This document shows, piece by piece, positions 25,981 through 35,154 of a DNA stretch of 64,000 nucleotides (position 1 is its first letter; every line of letters starts with the position of its first letter). The stretch spans positions 55,423 through 119,422 of the forward strand of contig JAITPM010000040.1 in assembly GCA_031289425.1 (NCBI GenBank). Reading direction: 5' to 3'. The notes below the pieces were generated by a model, which saw only the letters and a program-made list of their open reading frames with translations, was not told the origin of the DNA and searched no databases. This DNA is from Fusobacteriaceae bacterium (GTDB taxonomy: Bacteria > Fusobacteriota > Fusobacteriia > Fusobacteriales > Fusobacteriaceae). Position numbers and translations under genes: made by a program.

Positions 25981-27255
25981 TTAGTTTTGCCCTCCAGTCA
26001 TTTCAAGTGCTCTGGTGAAGAAATCCTCTTGTCCAAAATTACCGGATTTCAAAACAAGACGAATCTTATTGTTTTTTAATGGTGTCATTATAGGAACTCC
26101 CGGTGCGATACTTTTACCTATTAGATAAGATTTAAATCCTAATTTTTGTGTTATTGTACCTGATGTTTCTCCACCGGCTACGATAATTCTATATTTCCCA
26201 CATTCGATGGCTGCGGCTGCAATTGTTGCCATAGCTTGTTCCAGCATTTGTGCAATTTTTTCTTTTCCATTAGCTTGTACCTTTTTTACTTCATCTGAAG
26301 GAGCAGAACTATATATTAATAAATTATCCGAAGATTGCATCAAACTAATTATATCTTCAAGTTTTTGTTCTCCATACATTAGTTTTAAAGGATATATTTG
26401 ATAAGATTTCCCACCTTTTTTTTGATAATCTGCTATTTGAGAAAGAGTAGCAACTGAGCAGCTACCGGCGAGAATTACTGCACCACTTTGTATTTTATCT
26501 TCAACTGGATTATTTTGAGTTTTTTCACAAATATTAAAAAATTTCTTAGCTATGTGAGACATCAATCCGGATCCGCCTGTTAATAATGGAAGATCACCGA
26601 ATAAATCAATTATTTTTTCTCCGTGTTCTGTCTCATGGTAATCAGGGATGAGATAAAAATGTTTGTTTTCTCTGGAAAGATCCTTTAGTTTTGAAAATAA
26701 TTTTTCTTTTTCTCCAAAAAGTTCATCCATCTCAAGATTAAATGCCCTATATTTACTCTGTGCTTCTATTAATATTTTTATTTCAGAGGCCCACATAGGC
26801 GTCAAAGGGTGATTGCTCATAGGACTTTCATGAAGCAGTACTCCATCAACGTATAATTTTCCATCTTTTACTATTCTCTTATTTACAGGAAGAGCTGGGC
26901 AAAGAATAGTATAAGGTACATTATATTCTTCTAGAATAGCATCAACAATTGGTCCAATATTTCCGTCTTTTGTAGAATCAAAAGTAGAACAATATTTCAC
27001 ATATAATTTTTTTGCACCATGATTTTTAAGCCATTTTGCAGCTTTTAATGATTGGGATACGGCCATATTTTTCTCTTCTGTTCTTGTCTTCAGCGCAATG
27101 ACGACAGACTGACAATTGGGTTCTATAATACCATTTTTATCCGGTATCCCATTATAAAGTATAACCCTTGTTCCATTTTCTGTCAAAAATGATGCAGCAT
27201 CACTGGCACCGGTAAAATCATCTGCTAAACATCCAAATAATATTTTATTTTCCAT
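25981..27255 (-). CDS. Four-carbon acid-sugar kinase family protein (DUF1537, OtnK-like)
   Basis: 424 aa. GCLADDFTGASDAASF N-terminal signature and a C-terminal nucleotide-binding domain (AGGETSG, LKSGNFG). Confidence 0.8.
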   Translation of the reverse strand: MENKILFGCLADDFTGASDAASFLTENGTRVILYNGIPDKNGIIEPNCQSVVIALKTRTEEKNMAVSQSLKAAKWLKNHGAKKLYVKYCSTFDSTKDGNIGPIVDAILEEYNVPYTILCPALPVNKRIVKDGKLYVDGVLLHESPMSNHPLTPMWASEIKILIEAQSKYRAFNLEMDELFGEKEKLFSKLKDLSRENKHFYLIPDYHETEHGEKIIDLFGDLPLLTGGSGLMSHIAKKFFNICEKTQNNPVEDKIQSGAVILAGSCSVATLSQIADYQKKGGKSYQIYPLKLMYGEQKLEDIISLMQSSDNLLIYSSAPSDEVKKVQANGKEKIAQMLEQAMATIAAAAIECGKYRIIVAGGETSGTITQKLGFKSYLIGKSIAPGVPIMTPLKNNKIRLVLKSGNFGQEDFFTRALEMTGGQN

Positions 27256-27313
27256 ACACCAGTCTCCTGATTAATAAGATTAACTTATATCAATTATTAG
27301 TTTATATAGTAAT

Positions 27314-28471
27314 TTATAATATTTTTTTGCCACCTTGAATAACGGTCTTCACTCTTTTCAATGCTTTTATATCTTCCAGTGGGTTCCCATCTAGAATTAC
27401 TAAATCAGCTTCTAAACCTTCTGTTATTGATCCGGTAATATTTTGAATACCGCAAAGTTTAGCAGCATTGGTTGTTATACCGGCTAATACATCTTTATTT
27501 TTAGCACCCAGAGATGAAATGTATATTGCTTCTTGAGCAAGACCTGTATGCAATCCATCTGTTCCGATACCAAATTTTAGTTCATTTTTTATCGCATCTG
27601 ATAAACAATCGCATATTATTTCTTTCTCCCTTAAGCTACCATCTTTATCATGGGGAGAAAATTTAAATAAAAGCTCATCATTTAGTGCATAACTTGGAGT
27701 ATAGACTACCCATCTATCTTTTTCCTTTACTTGTTCTATTTGCTTTTTAGTTATATAATACACATGTTCTAAGCAGTCAATACCGGCTGTCAAACAGGCA
27801 TCCAGGCCTTGACCACCAGAGCAATGACATGATGTACTAATACCTACACTTTTTGCTTCTGTTACAACTACATTCAACTCTTCCATTGTAAGAAAGTGAT
27901 AAATAAATGGAGTCGCGTTAATTACTTTAGTCATAAAAACTTTTAAAAAATTAACCCCTTTTTCGATATTTTCTCTGGAGGTTTTTCTGAATTCTTCCGG
28001 GCCACAATGAGGCATTCCAACATACCCATGTCCGTGGAGGCTTCTCATTCCTATACCACTCACAATCAATCTTGGACCGATGATTCTGCCTTCTTTCTGG
28101 GCTTGCCTACATGCCACATCTATATAAAATCGATCTCCGCAGCATCTTGCAGTTGTTACACCTGAGTATAAATCATCTTTCATTGTTTTTAGTGCCCTTA
28201 TAGTTTGTTCGGCCTCGCAATCATTCATTTTTACTAGATGGTTTTGAAGTCTTGCATCTAATGCTAAATGATTATGGCAATCTATCATGCCGGGAATAAT
28301 TGTATCACCTTCTGCATCTATAATTTTAAAATTATCTGAAATTTTTATTTTAGATATATCTTCATATATTTTGGATATTTTACCATTTTCTATAAGAATA
28401 CCTGCATTCTTAATTACTTTTAATTCTTTTCCTGCGATTATATTTTTTGCTTTTATTAAAAGATTATCCAT
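27314..28471 (-). CDS. Metal-dependent amidohydrolase-superfamily protein
   Basis: 385 aa. PGMIDCHNHL (HxH), HCSG, EHV and GTDG metal-ligand contexts. Confidence 0.75.
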   Translation of the reverse strand: MDNLLIKAKNIIAGKELKVIKNAGILIENGKISKIYEDISKIKISDNFKIIDAEGDTIIPGMIDCHNHLALDARLQNHLVKMNDCEAEQTIRALKTMKDDLYSGVTTARCCGDRFYIDVACRQAQKEGRIIGPRLIVSGIGMRSLHGHGYVGMPHCGPEEFRKTSRENIEKGVNFLKVFMTKVINATPFIYHFLTMEELNVVVTEAKSVGISTSCHCSGGQGLDACLTAGIDCLEHVYYITKKQIEQVKEKDRWVVYTPSYALNDELLFKFSPHDKDGSLREKEIICDCLSDAIKNELKFGIGTDGLHTGLAQEAIYISSLGAKNKDVLAGITTNAAKLCGIQNITGSITEGLEADLVILDGNPLEDIKALKRVKTVIQGGKKIL

Positions 28472-28490
28472 AAGCAGACCTCCTAATTTT

Positions 28491-29465
28491 TTAAGATTTA
28501 TTATTCTCTTTAGATTCGCTATTTTGTTCCAATTTTTTTTGAGCTTTCTTATAGAAATATCCAGTCAAAATCGGAGCTAAGATAGCTGACACAACAACAG
28601 ATGCCGCCACTTGGGCTGTTGCTACTTCTACTATAGGATTTAGTGTAGGGTCAGCCATAGCAACGGATGCCGGTACTGCAACGGCGTTACCTCCGGTAGT
28701 TCCAATAGCCATCCCCATAGGATCTGGTTTTTTTCTGATAAAACTATACAAGAAATAAGTAAAAACTCCTGTAAAAACTACTGTTAACATACCTAATACA
28801 AGTCCACCTACACCTGCTTTAAAAATAGTAAATAAACTCATGTTGGCACCGAGTACAAAACCATTAAATGGGAGGAGCATAGATAATCCGTCTGTGAGTA
28901 ATTTTTTAAAATCTTCATCCAAATTACCTAAAAGCATACCTATGATTAAAGGAACAATAGCAGCAATTAATGCGATTAATGGGATATCTGCCAATCCTGT
29001 GGTTCCTAATGCGATCATTGTTAAAAAAGGACCATCATTTAGCGAAAGAATTGCAATTGCGCCTACGTCAGTAGAATCACCGAATTCTTTTGCAAGGGCT
29101 GTATAAATGGCACCATTTGAATTTGTAACAGCAGTAATAACTGCTAAAGGAGTCAATCCTAAAATTGCGTAAGAACCGAATATTTTATTTAATCCCCAGC
29201 CGAGAGCAACGCCTATTACGTATTTTAATACTGTCAATACTGTTCCTTTGTAAATCGGGAGGCCTGCCTGTTTAAAATTTATAGATGCTCCACTGCATAA
29301 AATAAATAATCCTACCAATGTTGCTGTTCCGCTTTTAAATAATCCTGTAGTGAAACCACCAATTCCTAATATACTTGGTATAAAAGTATTTACAAGACAT
29401 CCCAATAATAAAGGAATAACCATCATTCCACCTGGAAATTTTTTCATAGTAGCACAAATTTTCAT
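28491..29465 (-). CDS. kdgT: 2-keto-3-deoxygluconate permease-family transporter
   Basis: The MKICATMKKFPGGMMVIPLLLG opening matches the KdgT family. 324 aa polytopic protein. Confidence 0.75.
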   Translation of the reverse strand: MKICATMKKFPGGMMVIPLLLGCLVNTFIPSILGIGGFTTGLFKSGTATLVGLFILCSGASINFKQAGLPIYKGTVLTVLKYVIGVALGWGLNKIFGSYAILGLTPLAVITAVTNSNGAIYTALAKEFGDSTDVGAIAILSLNDGPFLTMIALGTTGLADIPLIALIAAIVPLIIGMLLGNLDEDFKKLLTDGLSMLLPFNGFVLGANMSLFTIFKAGVGGLVLGMLTVVFTGVFTYFLYSFIRKKPDPMGMAIGTTGGNAVAVPASVAMADPTLNPIVEVATAQVAASVVVSAILAPILTGYFYKKAQKKLEQNSESKENNKS

Positions 29466-29492
29466 AAATAAATACCTCCTTTGTAGTTAATA

Positions 29493-30908
29493 TTATTTTT
29501 TAAATGTTTTTTCTTGTTCCAATCTTAATTCCCATAACATTGAGTTTTTTGGTTCTTCCACCATAGAATAAGTGATTATTTCTCCGGCCTTTATTTCTTT
29601 TTTTACTGTATTCCCATCCAACATATGAGCTGGTACAGCGGAATCTGCCCCACGTGATGTAGCCGGGTATATTAATGATGTCATCCTAGAATCATGATCA
29701 TTTCCAAAAATTTCTCCGATTTTGATATCGCAAAGAGCTTTTCTTACGAGATCAAATCTAGGTTTGTAATTAGCGGATCCTGTATCAAGTCCTAACATTA
29801 CTGCTGCCTTTAATGTAGTGGAAACTTCGACCCCGCAAAGGTGATAGGGGCGATAAATGACAGCTGTAGAACAATCATAATTCGGTATTTGCCCTTTTGT
29901 TGTTAGAATATAATTTGAGTATGCATTATCACACCTAACCACTAAGAATACTCCCCCGCCCATTCCTGATTCATCTTTTCTTCTAAAACATGTTTGAATG
30001 TCAATTATTCCTTCTTCATCTTTGTAGATTCCACCATTGTTAGTAGAACAGTATGCTATTGGTAGTTCAGTAATTCTTAAAATTCCTTGAGTTAATTCCG
30101 GTCTGTAAGGTTTTAGTCCAGTTGCATTGGCCATGATAGTTAGTTCACACAGATCAAATCCTCCGGCTCCTGGTAAATTTTTCAATATTTCAGCTCTTTT
30201 TTCAATATAATCTTGGGCTTTTCCTTCTGGTATCATCTCAAAATATTTTATATAATCATCTGGAATATGTGCAGTCACAGTTTTATGAACCGTAATACCA
30301 TCAGCGGCTATTGTAACAGTTTTATTTTTTTCATCATATACAAATTCACCATCTCTAGATTTTCCAGCGGATATAACTGTAAGACCTATTTCTTTTGCCC
30401 ATTCAAAAAGTTGTATAAGTAATCCATGCTGATCTCCGTCTACTGGTGTATATATAAGATTTTTTTCATCAGCTTTCTTTTTTAATATTGTACCAATTAC
30501 AGAGTCCAATTCTTTGGAAACTATAGCAACATTTTTTCCATTTTCCAACGCTGTCATACAATATCTTGCTCCGGCTTCTGGAATCCCTGTTCCTTCGCAG
30601 ATTATATCTATTTCCGGTATTTCCATTAATATGGAAACTTTATCCGTATAGATAAATTCTCCTCGCAAGAGTGCTGCACTAGCAGTTTTGGCGGTATTAC
30701 AGTATACTATTTTATTTTCGGGTATACCTGCTTTTAAAAATGAAATTTTTGCATTTTCCAAATTAGTGTCTGCAACAATAGGAATCGATAGATCTTTTAC
30801 ATATTTTTGTTGCGTGACTACTGCTGTTCCGAAATGTCCTGCCCCTATATACGCAGCTATTACTGAGTCTTTTTTCTTAAATTTTTCAAATAATTGAGTA
30901 TAAATCAC
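29493..30908 (-). CDS. NAD(P)-binding oxidoreductase with C-terminal SAF domain (COG4091-type, homoserine dehydrogenase-like)
   Basis: AAYIGAGHFG Rossmann motif and a C-terminal SAF-like segment. Start preferred at GTG 30908 (RBS GGAGGGAGG upstream). ATG 30926 is the alternative. Confidence 0.6.
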   Translation of the reverse strand: MIYTQLFEKFKKKDSVIAAYIGAGHFGTAVVTQQKYVKDLSIPIVADTNLENAKISFLKAGIPENKIVYCNTAKTASAALLRGEFIYTDKVSILMEIPEIDIICEGTGIPEAGARYCMTALENGKNVAIVSKELDSVIGTILKKKADEKNLIYTPVDGDQHGLLIQLFEWAKEIGLTVISAGKSRDGEFVYDEKNKTVTIAADGITVHKTVTAHIPDDYIKYFEMIPEGKAQDYIEKRAEILKNLPGAGGFDLCELTIMANATGLKPYRPELTQGILRITELPIAYCSTNNGGIYKDEEGIIDIQTCFRRKDESGMGGGVFLVVRCDNAYSNYILTTKGQIPNYDCSTAVIYRPYHLCGVEVSTTLKAAVMLGLDTGSANYKPRFDLVRKALCDIKIGEIFGNDHDSRMTSLIYPATSRGADSAVPAHMLDGNTVKKEIKAGEIITYSMVEEPKNSMLWELRLEQEKTFKK

Positions 30909-30986
30909 TCTAATACCTCCCTCCATGATGCTATTTTTTTATAATAATAAATAATTAATAATTTTATTATGTCGAATATTTATGAA

Positions 30987-31001
30987 GCAAAATTTATGCC
31001 A
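30987..31001 (-). promoter_or_regulatory. Sigma-54 (-24/-12) promoter
   Basis: The minus strand reads TGGCATAAATTTTGC, i.e. TGGCAT-N5-TTGC with exact consensus spacing. It lies ~60-80 nt upstream of the first operon gene and opposite a sigma-54 activator gene. Confidence 0.65.
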
Positions 31002-31133
31002 ATTTATTTTGAATTATTTAAATACGTAAAATATTGTTTTTGAACAGAATAGATTGATTTTATATTATAAATGTTGTAAAATATGTTGTAATATACGTTG
31101 CAGCATATGCAACATGTTTCAGGAGGATGCAAC

Positions 31134-33065
31134 ATGATAAATATATTTTTTATTGTTCCTTATCCGGAATTGAAACCTATAATAAACGAAATTTATAACA
31201 ATCATCCATTTAAAAAATCTCTAAATGTAAATTTTCTTGTAATGACAGTAGATATGGTTAGAAAATATAAGATGGAAAAAGTATATGATGTTTATGTAGG
31301 TCGTAATTTTACATTTAAAGAATTGAAAAAAATGTACCCCAATAAAGCAATTTTGGAAATTCCGATTACAGGATATGATATCGTACAGGCAATTTGTGAA
31401 GCACATGAAAAATATCATCCTAAAAAAATAGGTATAATTGGAAGATTTTTAAAATTTTTTAATGTACTTGATTTTAATAACTTGGAAGAAATAGGGAATT
31501 GTCAATTGATAAGTTATCCGATTGATGAAGTACATGATATGGAAACGAGCATAAGAAAGGCAAAAAAAGACAAATGCGATTGTATCGTAGGGGGATATTC
31601 CACTACATTATATGTTAAAGACAAGGGAATAGATGCAGTCACTATAAAGGTAAGCAAAGAGACCATATATAAAGTATTCGAAGAGGCCATACATATAGCA
31701 CAGGCAATACATGAAGAACGTGAAAAATCCGAAATATTACGGATTATAACAAAGACTTCAAATACAGGGATTTTTTATATAAATTCAGAAAAAAATATAG
31801 AAGAAATAAATGATGAAGCTAAAAAATACTTTTTAAATACAGATATAGATACATATAATCGGTCTATCTTCCAAATAGCACCATTTATGAAGGATGCTAT
31901 AAATACATGCTTTGAAACAGGAAACATTGTTTCAAATAAATTATACACTTTTAAAAATATAACAATATCCGTTGATTATACTCCTGTAAAAGTCGATAAT
32001 ATTATTTCAGGAATCATTATATGTTTCTTTACAGTTACTAAAGTACAACAATTAGAATCACAAATAAGGAAAAAAATGAGTGAAAAAGGATTGGTTGCCA
32101 AATACAAATTTAGTGATATTATCTATAAAAGCAGTGTTTTTAAAAATTTAATTCAAAATGCTAAAAAATACGCTGCTGTTTCTTCCAATATTTTGATAGT
32201 AGGTGAGACAGGAACAGGAAAGGAACTATTTGTACAAAGTATACATAATGAAAGTAGCAGGAAGGATGAAAGCTTTGTTGGGGTGAATTGTGCAGCTCTT
32301 TCTACAAACTTACTGGAAAGTGAACTATTCGGGTATGAAGAAGGAGCGTTTACAGGTTCAAAAAAAGGCGGACAAATAGGTTTGTTTGAATTGGCACATA
32401 AAGGAACTTTATTTCTTGATGAGATTTCTGAAATCCCTATTTCGTTTCAAAGTAAGTTATTACGTGTATTACAAGAACATGAAGTAAGGAGGGTGGGAGG
32501 AACTACGTTTATTCCAATTGATGTACGTATTATCACAGCCACAAACAAAAATATGAAAAAATTACTTGCAGAAGGAAAATTCAGAGAAGATCTCTTGTAT
32601 AGGTTGGATGTTTTAAAATTACTTATTCCACCATTAAGAGAAAGAAAAGAAGATATAATAGAATTATTTAAGTATTATTTGAATTATCATTGCCAAAAGC
32701 TGGGATTTATTATGCCTTCATTTTCAAAAGAAGCGGAATTTATAATTTCTAATTATAAATTCCCAGGAAATATAAGAGAACTTATCAACATTACAGAACG
32801 CTTAAGCGTTCTGAAAAATAATGATGTCGTATCTAAAGAAGATATGCTCACTATGTTATATCAAGATGATATTGATGACAATAAAGCCTATGATTTAACA
32901 TTGCCAAATGATTTATTTATAAATTGTGAAAAAGAAGATGAAAAAGAAAAAGCTAACATAAAAAATATTTTAATGAGTGTGAATCATAATAAAATTAAAG
33001 CAGCCGAGAAACTCGGCATAGATAGAACTACATTGTGGAGAAAAATGAAGAAATACGGGATATAG
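31134..33065 (+). CDS. Sigma-54-dependent transcriptional activator, PrpR-type N-terminal sensor plus PAS, AAA+ and Fis-HTH domains
   Basis: GETGTGKE Walker A, GAFTGS (GAFTGA loop variant), ELFGYEEG, RVIATN-like ITATN, C-terminal KAAEKLGIDRTTLWRKMKKYGI. RBS AGGAGG before the ATG at 31134. Confidence 0.85.
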   Translation: MINIFFIVPYPELKPIINEIYNNHPFKKSLNVNFLVMTVDMVRKYKMEKVYDVYVGRNFTFKELKKMYPNKAILEIPITGYDIVQAICEAHEKYHPKKIGIIGRFLKFFNVLDFNNLEEIGNCQLISYPIDEVHDMETSIRKAKKDKCDCIVGGYSTTLYVKDKGIDAVTIKVSKETIYKVFEEAIHIAQAIHEEREKSEILRIITKTSNTGIFYINSEKNIEEINDEAKKYFLNTDIDTYNRSIFQIAPFMKDAINTCFETGNIVSNKLYTFKNITISVDYTPVKVDNIISGIIICFFTVTKVQQLESQIRKKMSEKGLVAKYKFSDIIYKSSVFKNLIQNAKKYAAVSSNILIVGETGTGKELFVQSIHNESSRKDESFVGVNCAALSTNLLESELFGYEEGAFTGSKKGGQIGLFELAHKGTLFLDEISEIPISFQSKLLRVLQEHEVRRVGGTTFIPIDVRIITATNKNMKKLLAEGKFREDLLYRLDVLKLLIPPLRERKEDIIELFKYYLNYHCQKLGFIMPSFSKEAEFIISNYKFPGNIRELINITERLSVLKNNDVVSKEDMLTMLYQDDIDDNKAYDLTLPNDLFINCEKEDEKEKANIKNILMSVNHNKIKAAEKLGIDRTTLWRKMKKYGI

Positions 33066-33088
33066 ATAGTTTTGTATAGTCTCTCAAA

Positions 33089-33517
33089 TTAAAATACAAT
33101 TAATCCGGTTTCATCAAATTTCCATCCCGGATTATATGCAACTTCCCAATAATATCCATTTGGGTCAACAAAATATCCGCTATATCCTCCCCAAAATACT
33201 TTTTTAGGCTCTTTTGCTATTGTTGCACCGTTTTTTCTGGCCAATTCTATTACCTCATCAACTTCTTTTTCACTGGCTACATTATGAGCTAAAGTAATGC
33301 CTGAAAATCCTGTTGTTATTTTGGGTGGATTTGTTTCATCTATATCCTTAGCCAGCAAATCTAACGGATATAATTCAAGTTTTGTTCCTACTGTATCAAA
33401 AAAAACTACTGGTTGGTTATTCCATTCTTCCTTTGTAGAAAAACCTAGTTTTTTATAAAAATTAAAAGATTCTTCCATGTTTTTTACACCGATACATATA
33501 ACTGATGCTTTATTCAT
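33089..33517 (-). CDS. VOC-family (glyoxalase/bleomycin-resistance fold) protein
   Basis: 142 aa with paired beta-alpha-beta-beta-beta modules. FVDPNGYYWEV C-terminal motif. Confidence 0.7.
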   Translation of the reverse strand: MNKASVICIGVKNMEESFNFYKKLGFSTKEEWNNQPVVFFDTVGTKLELYPLDLLAKDIDETNPPKITTGFSGITLAHNVASEKEVDEVIELARKNGATIAKEPKKVFWGGYSGYFVDPNGYYWEVAYNPGWKFDETGLIVF

Positions 33518-33603
33518 TTAATCTACCTCCATCAAATAATATTTTTTAGATTTTTGTAAAACTGCGAGAGTTTGTGTTTCTATAGAAAATTTTTTAAAAG
33601 CAC

Positions 33604-34062
33604 TTATTTGATAGCAATATACAAATAACAATGAACTTTTCCGTCTTTAGCATATTTGGCAGGAATAAATGTTTCATAATCTTCAGAAAATGCTCTATTT
33701 ATATTTCCGGATTTTTGCTCATCCCCAACCTTTCTCCATGCCTTTTTTGAACATATTCCAAAATCATCATTATCAGATGACTCATCATATTTTAAATATT
33801 TTCCACTAACCACAGATTCTTCTATATCCTGAAAAAATTCAAATGCTACCCTCATTATGCTAAAGTCAAAATCACAATTTTCATCGCTAGCATAATTGCT
33901 GTATGTTGATATTATAGGAAATTCTTCTATCAATTTATGGTCAGTATCGTAAAGAATAGGCAATTTACCACTTTCAATATCTTGCCAGATTTCAATTATT
34001 TTTTTTATACCTTCACTTGTGTTATTTGTTCTTAGTGTTACTTCTCTTAATTGGTATGCCAT
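33604..34062 (-). CDS. GyrI-like / integron Cass2-type small-molecule-binding domain protein (tentative)
   Basis: 152 aa stand-alone protein. Weak pattern match only (IEIWQDI..., final HCYLYIAIK). Confidence 0.4.
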   Translation of the reverse strand: MAYQLREVTLRTNNTSEGIKKIIEIWQDIESGKLPILYDTDHKLIEEFPIISTYSNYASDENCDFDFSIMRVAFEFFQDIEESVVSGKYLKYDESSDNDDFGICSKKAWRKVGDEQKSGNINRAFSEDYETFIPAKYAKDGKVHCYLYIAIK

Positions 34063-34551
34063 TTTTTCTCCTTTTGATTTTTTCTCTATTTTTTTATTTA
34101 TATTTTATACAAAAACGATTGGTTTCGTATTTTTTAAATATAGTATCGTAAAAGTATAGCATGCGAATTTTAATTTGTCAATAAAGCTGTTTTTAAGATA
34201 AAACACTACCTTAATATATTTTTATTATTCCAGTCTTTAATAAGGCTCATAAGCCCTCTTTGAGATTTTCATTTTTAGCAAGCACGAACCCCCATTCGTT
34301 AATCCAATGGTCTGGGTCTGGGTCATTTAGGTTTGACAAGGGCAAAATTTTTCTGCTATGCAGTATTGTTTTCAAAAAAATTTAATATAAAACAATCTTT
34401 AAACCATCAAATAAAGTCACTACCATTGAAATTTCCCCCCCTCCGAATGCTTCATAGGATAAATTAACCAATAAATAAGTAAAACCCCTAAAACAAAAAA
34501 ATAAAGCCCTTAAAACGATCCCGTTAAAAAGAGCTAATTTATAATTTTATT

Positions 34552-34596
34552 TGGCTGGGATGGTTGGATTCGAACCAACGCGTGACGGAGTCAAAG
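34552..34596 (-). other. 3' half of a tRNA-Gln(UUG) gene, taken as the attL junction of the integrated element (not an intact tRNA)
   Basis: The minus strand reads CTTTGAC-TCCGT-CACGC-GTTGGTTCGAATCCAAC-CATCCCA-G-CCA: anticodon loop, 3' anticodon stem, variable loop, T arm, 3' acceptor strand and CCA. The sequence 5' of the loop (..GGTATCACC) cannot pair with TCCGT, and no D arm or 5' acceptor strand is present. Confidence 0.7.
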
Positions 34597-34668
34597 GGTG
34601 ATACCAACTAAACTGTCAATAAATTATAAGTTTTTCTGATTTAGAAGTTAAATATTTTATTTTATGAC

Positions 34669-35067
34669 CTATTTTTTAATTTCCTTGCTAATCGCCCCCG
34701 TCAAAACATTAAATTTTTCGACTATTTCACCATATTCTTTAAAAAATTCAGATACTTCAGATACTTTTGCAAAGTTTTCTAACAAAGAACTATTGGTTCT
34801 TTTTAGTATTTCTAACAATTTTAGAGCATTAAATCTTTCAGAATCAATTTTATCTAAAAACAACTCATATACATCAATATCAAGCACTTTTGCTACCTCT
34901 TCGACCTTTCTTAAAGACATGCCAGACTTACCTTGTTCAATTCTAGTCAAAGTTGCTGGTTCTGCATAATTAAGTAATTTAGATAATTTTATCTGAGATA
35001 TTTTTTTGTTAATTCTAATCCTTTTTATGTTTGATCCTAATACTTTCAGAATACTCAATATTCTCAC
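34669..35067 (-). CDS. XRE-family helix-turn-helix regulator
   Basis: IKRIRINKKISQIKLSKLLNYAEPATLTRIEQGKSGMSLRKVEEVAKVLDIDVYELF is a canonical HTH_3 pattern. Sits next to the integrase. Confidence 0.75.
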   Translation of the reverse strand: MRILSILKVLGSNIKRIRINKKISQIKLSKLLNYAEPATLTRIEQGKSGMSLRKVEEVAKVLDIDVYELFLDKIDSERFNALKLLEILKRTNSSLLENFAKVSEVSEFFKEYGEIVEKFNVLTGAISKEIKK

Positions 35068-35154
35068 CCTATTATAGGGTACAGTATTATTTTTAAAAAG
35101 TCAATATATTTTTTTACATAGTTTTTAAAGACAATTTAATTGCGGTATTTTTAC

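Noticed and set aside
34552-34640. Possible intact tRNA-Gln gene.
   Set aside because: Only the anticodon loop through the CCA end is tRNA-like. The upstream bases (..TTAGTTGGTATCACC) cannot form the anticodon stem with TCCGT, and there is no D arm or 5' acceptor strand complementary to CATCCCA. It is treated as an att-site fragment instead.
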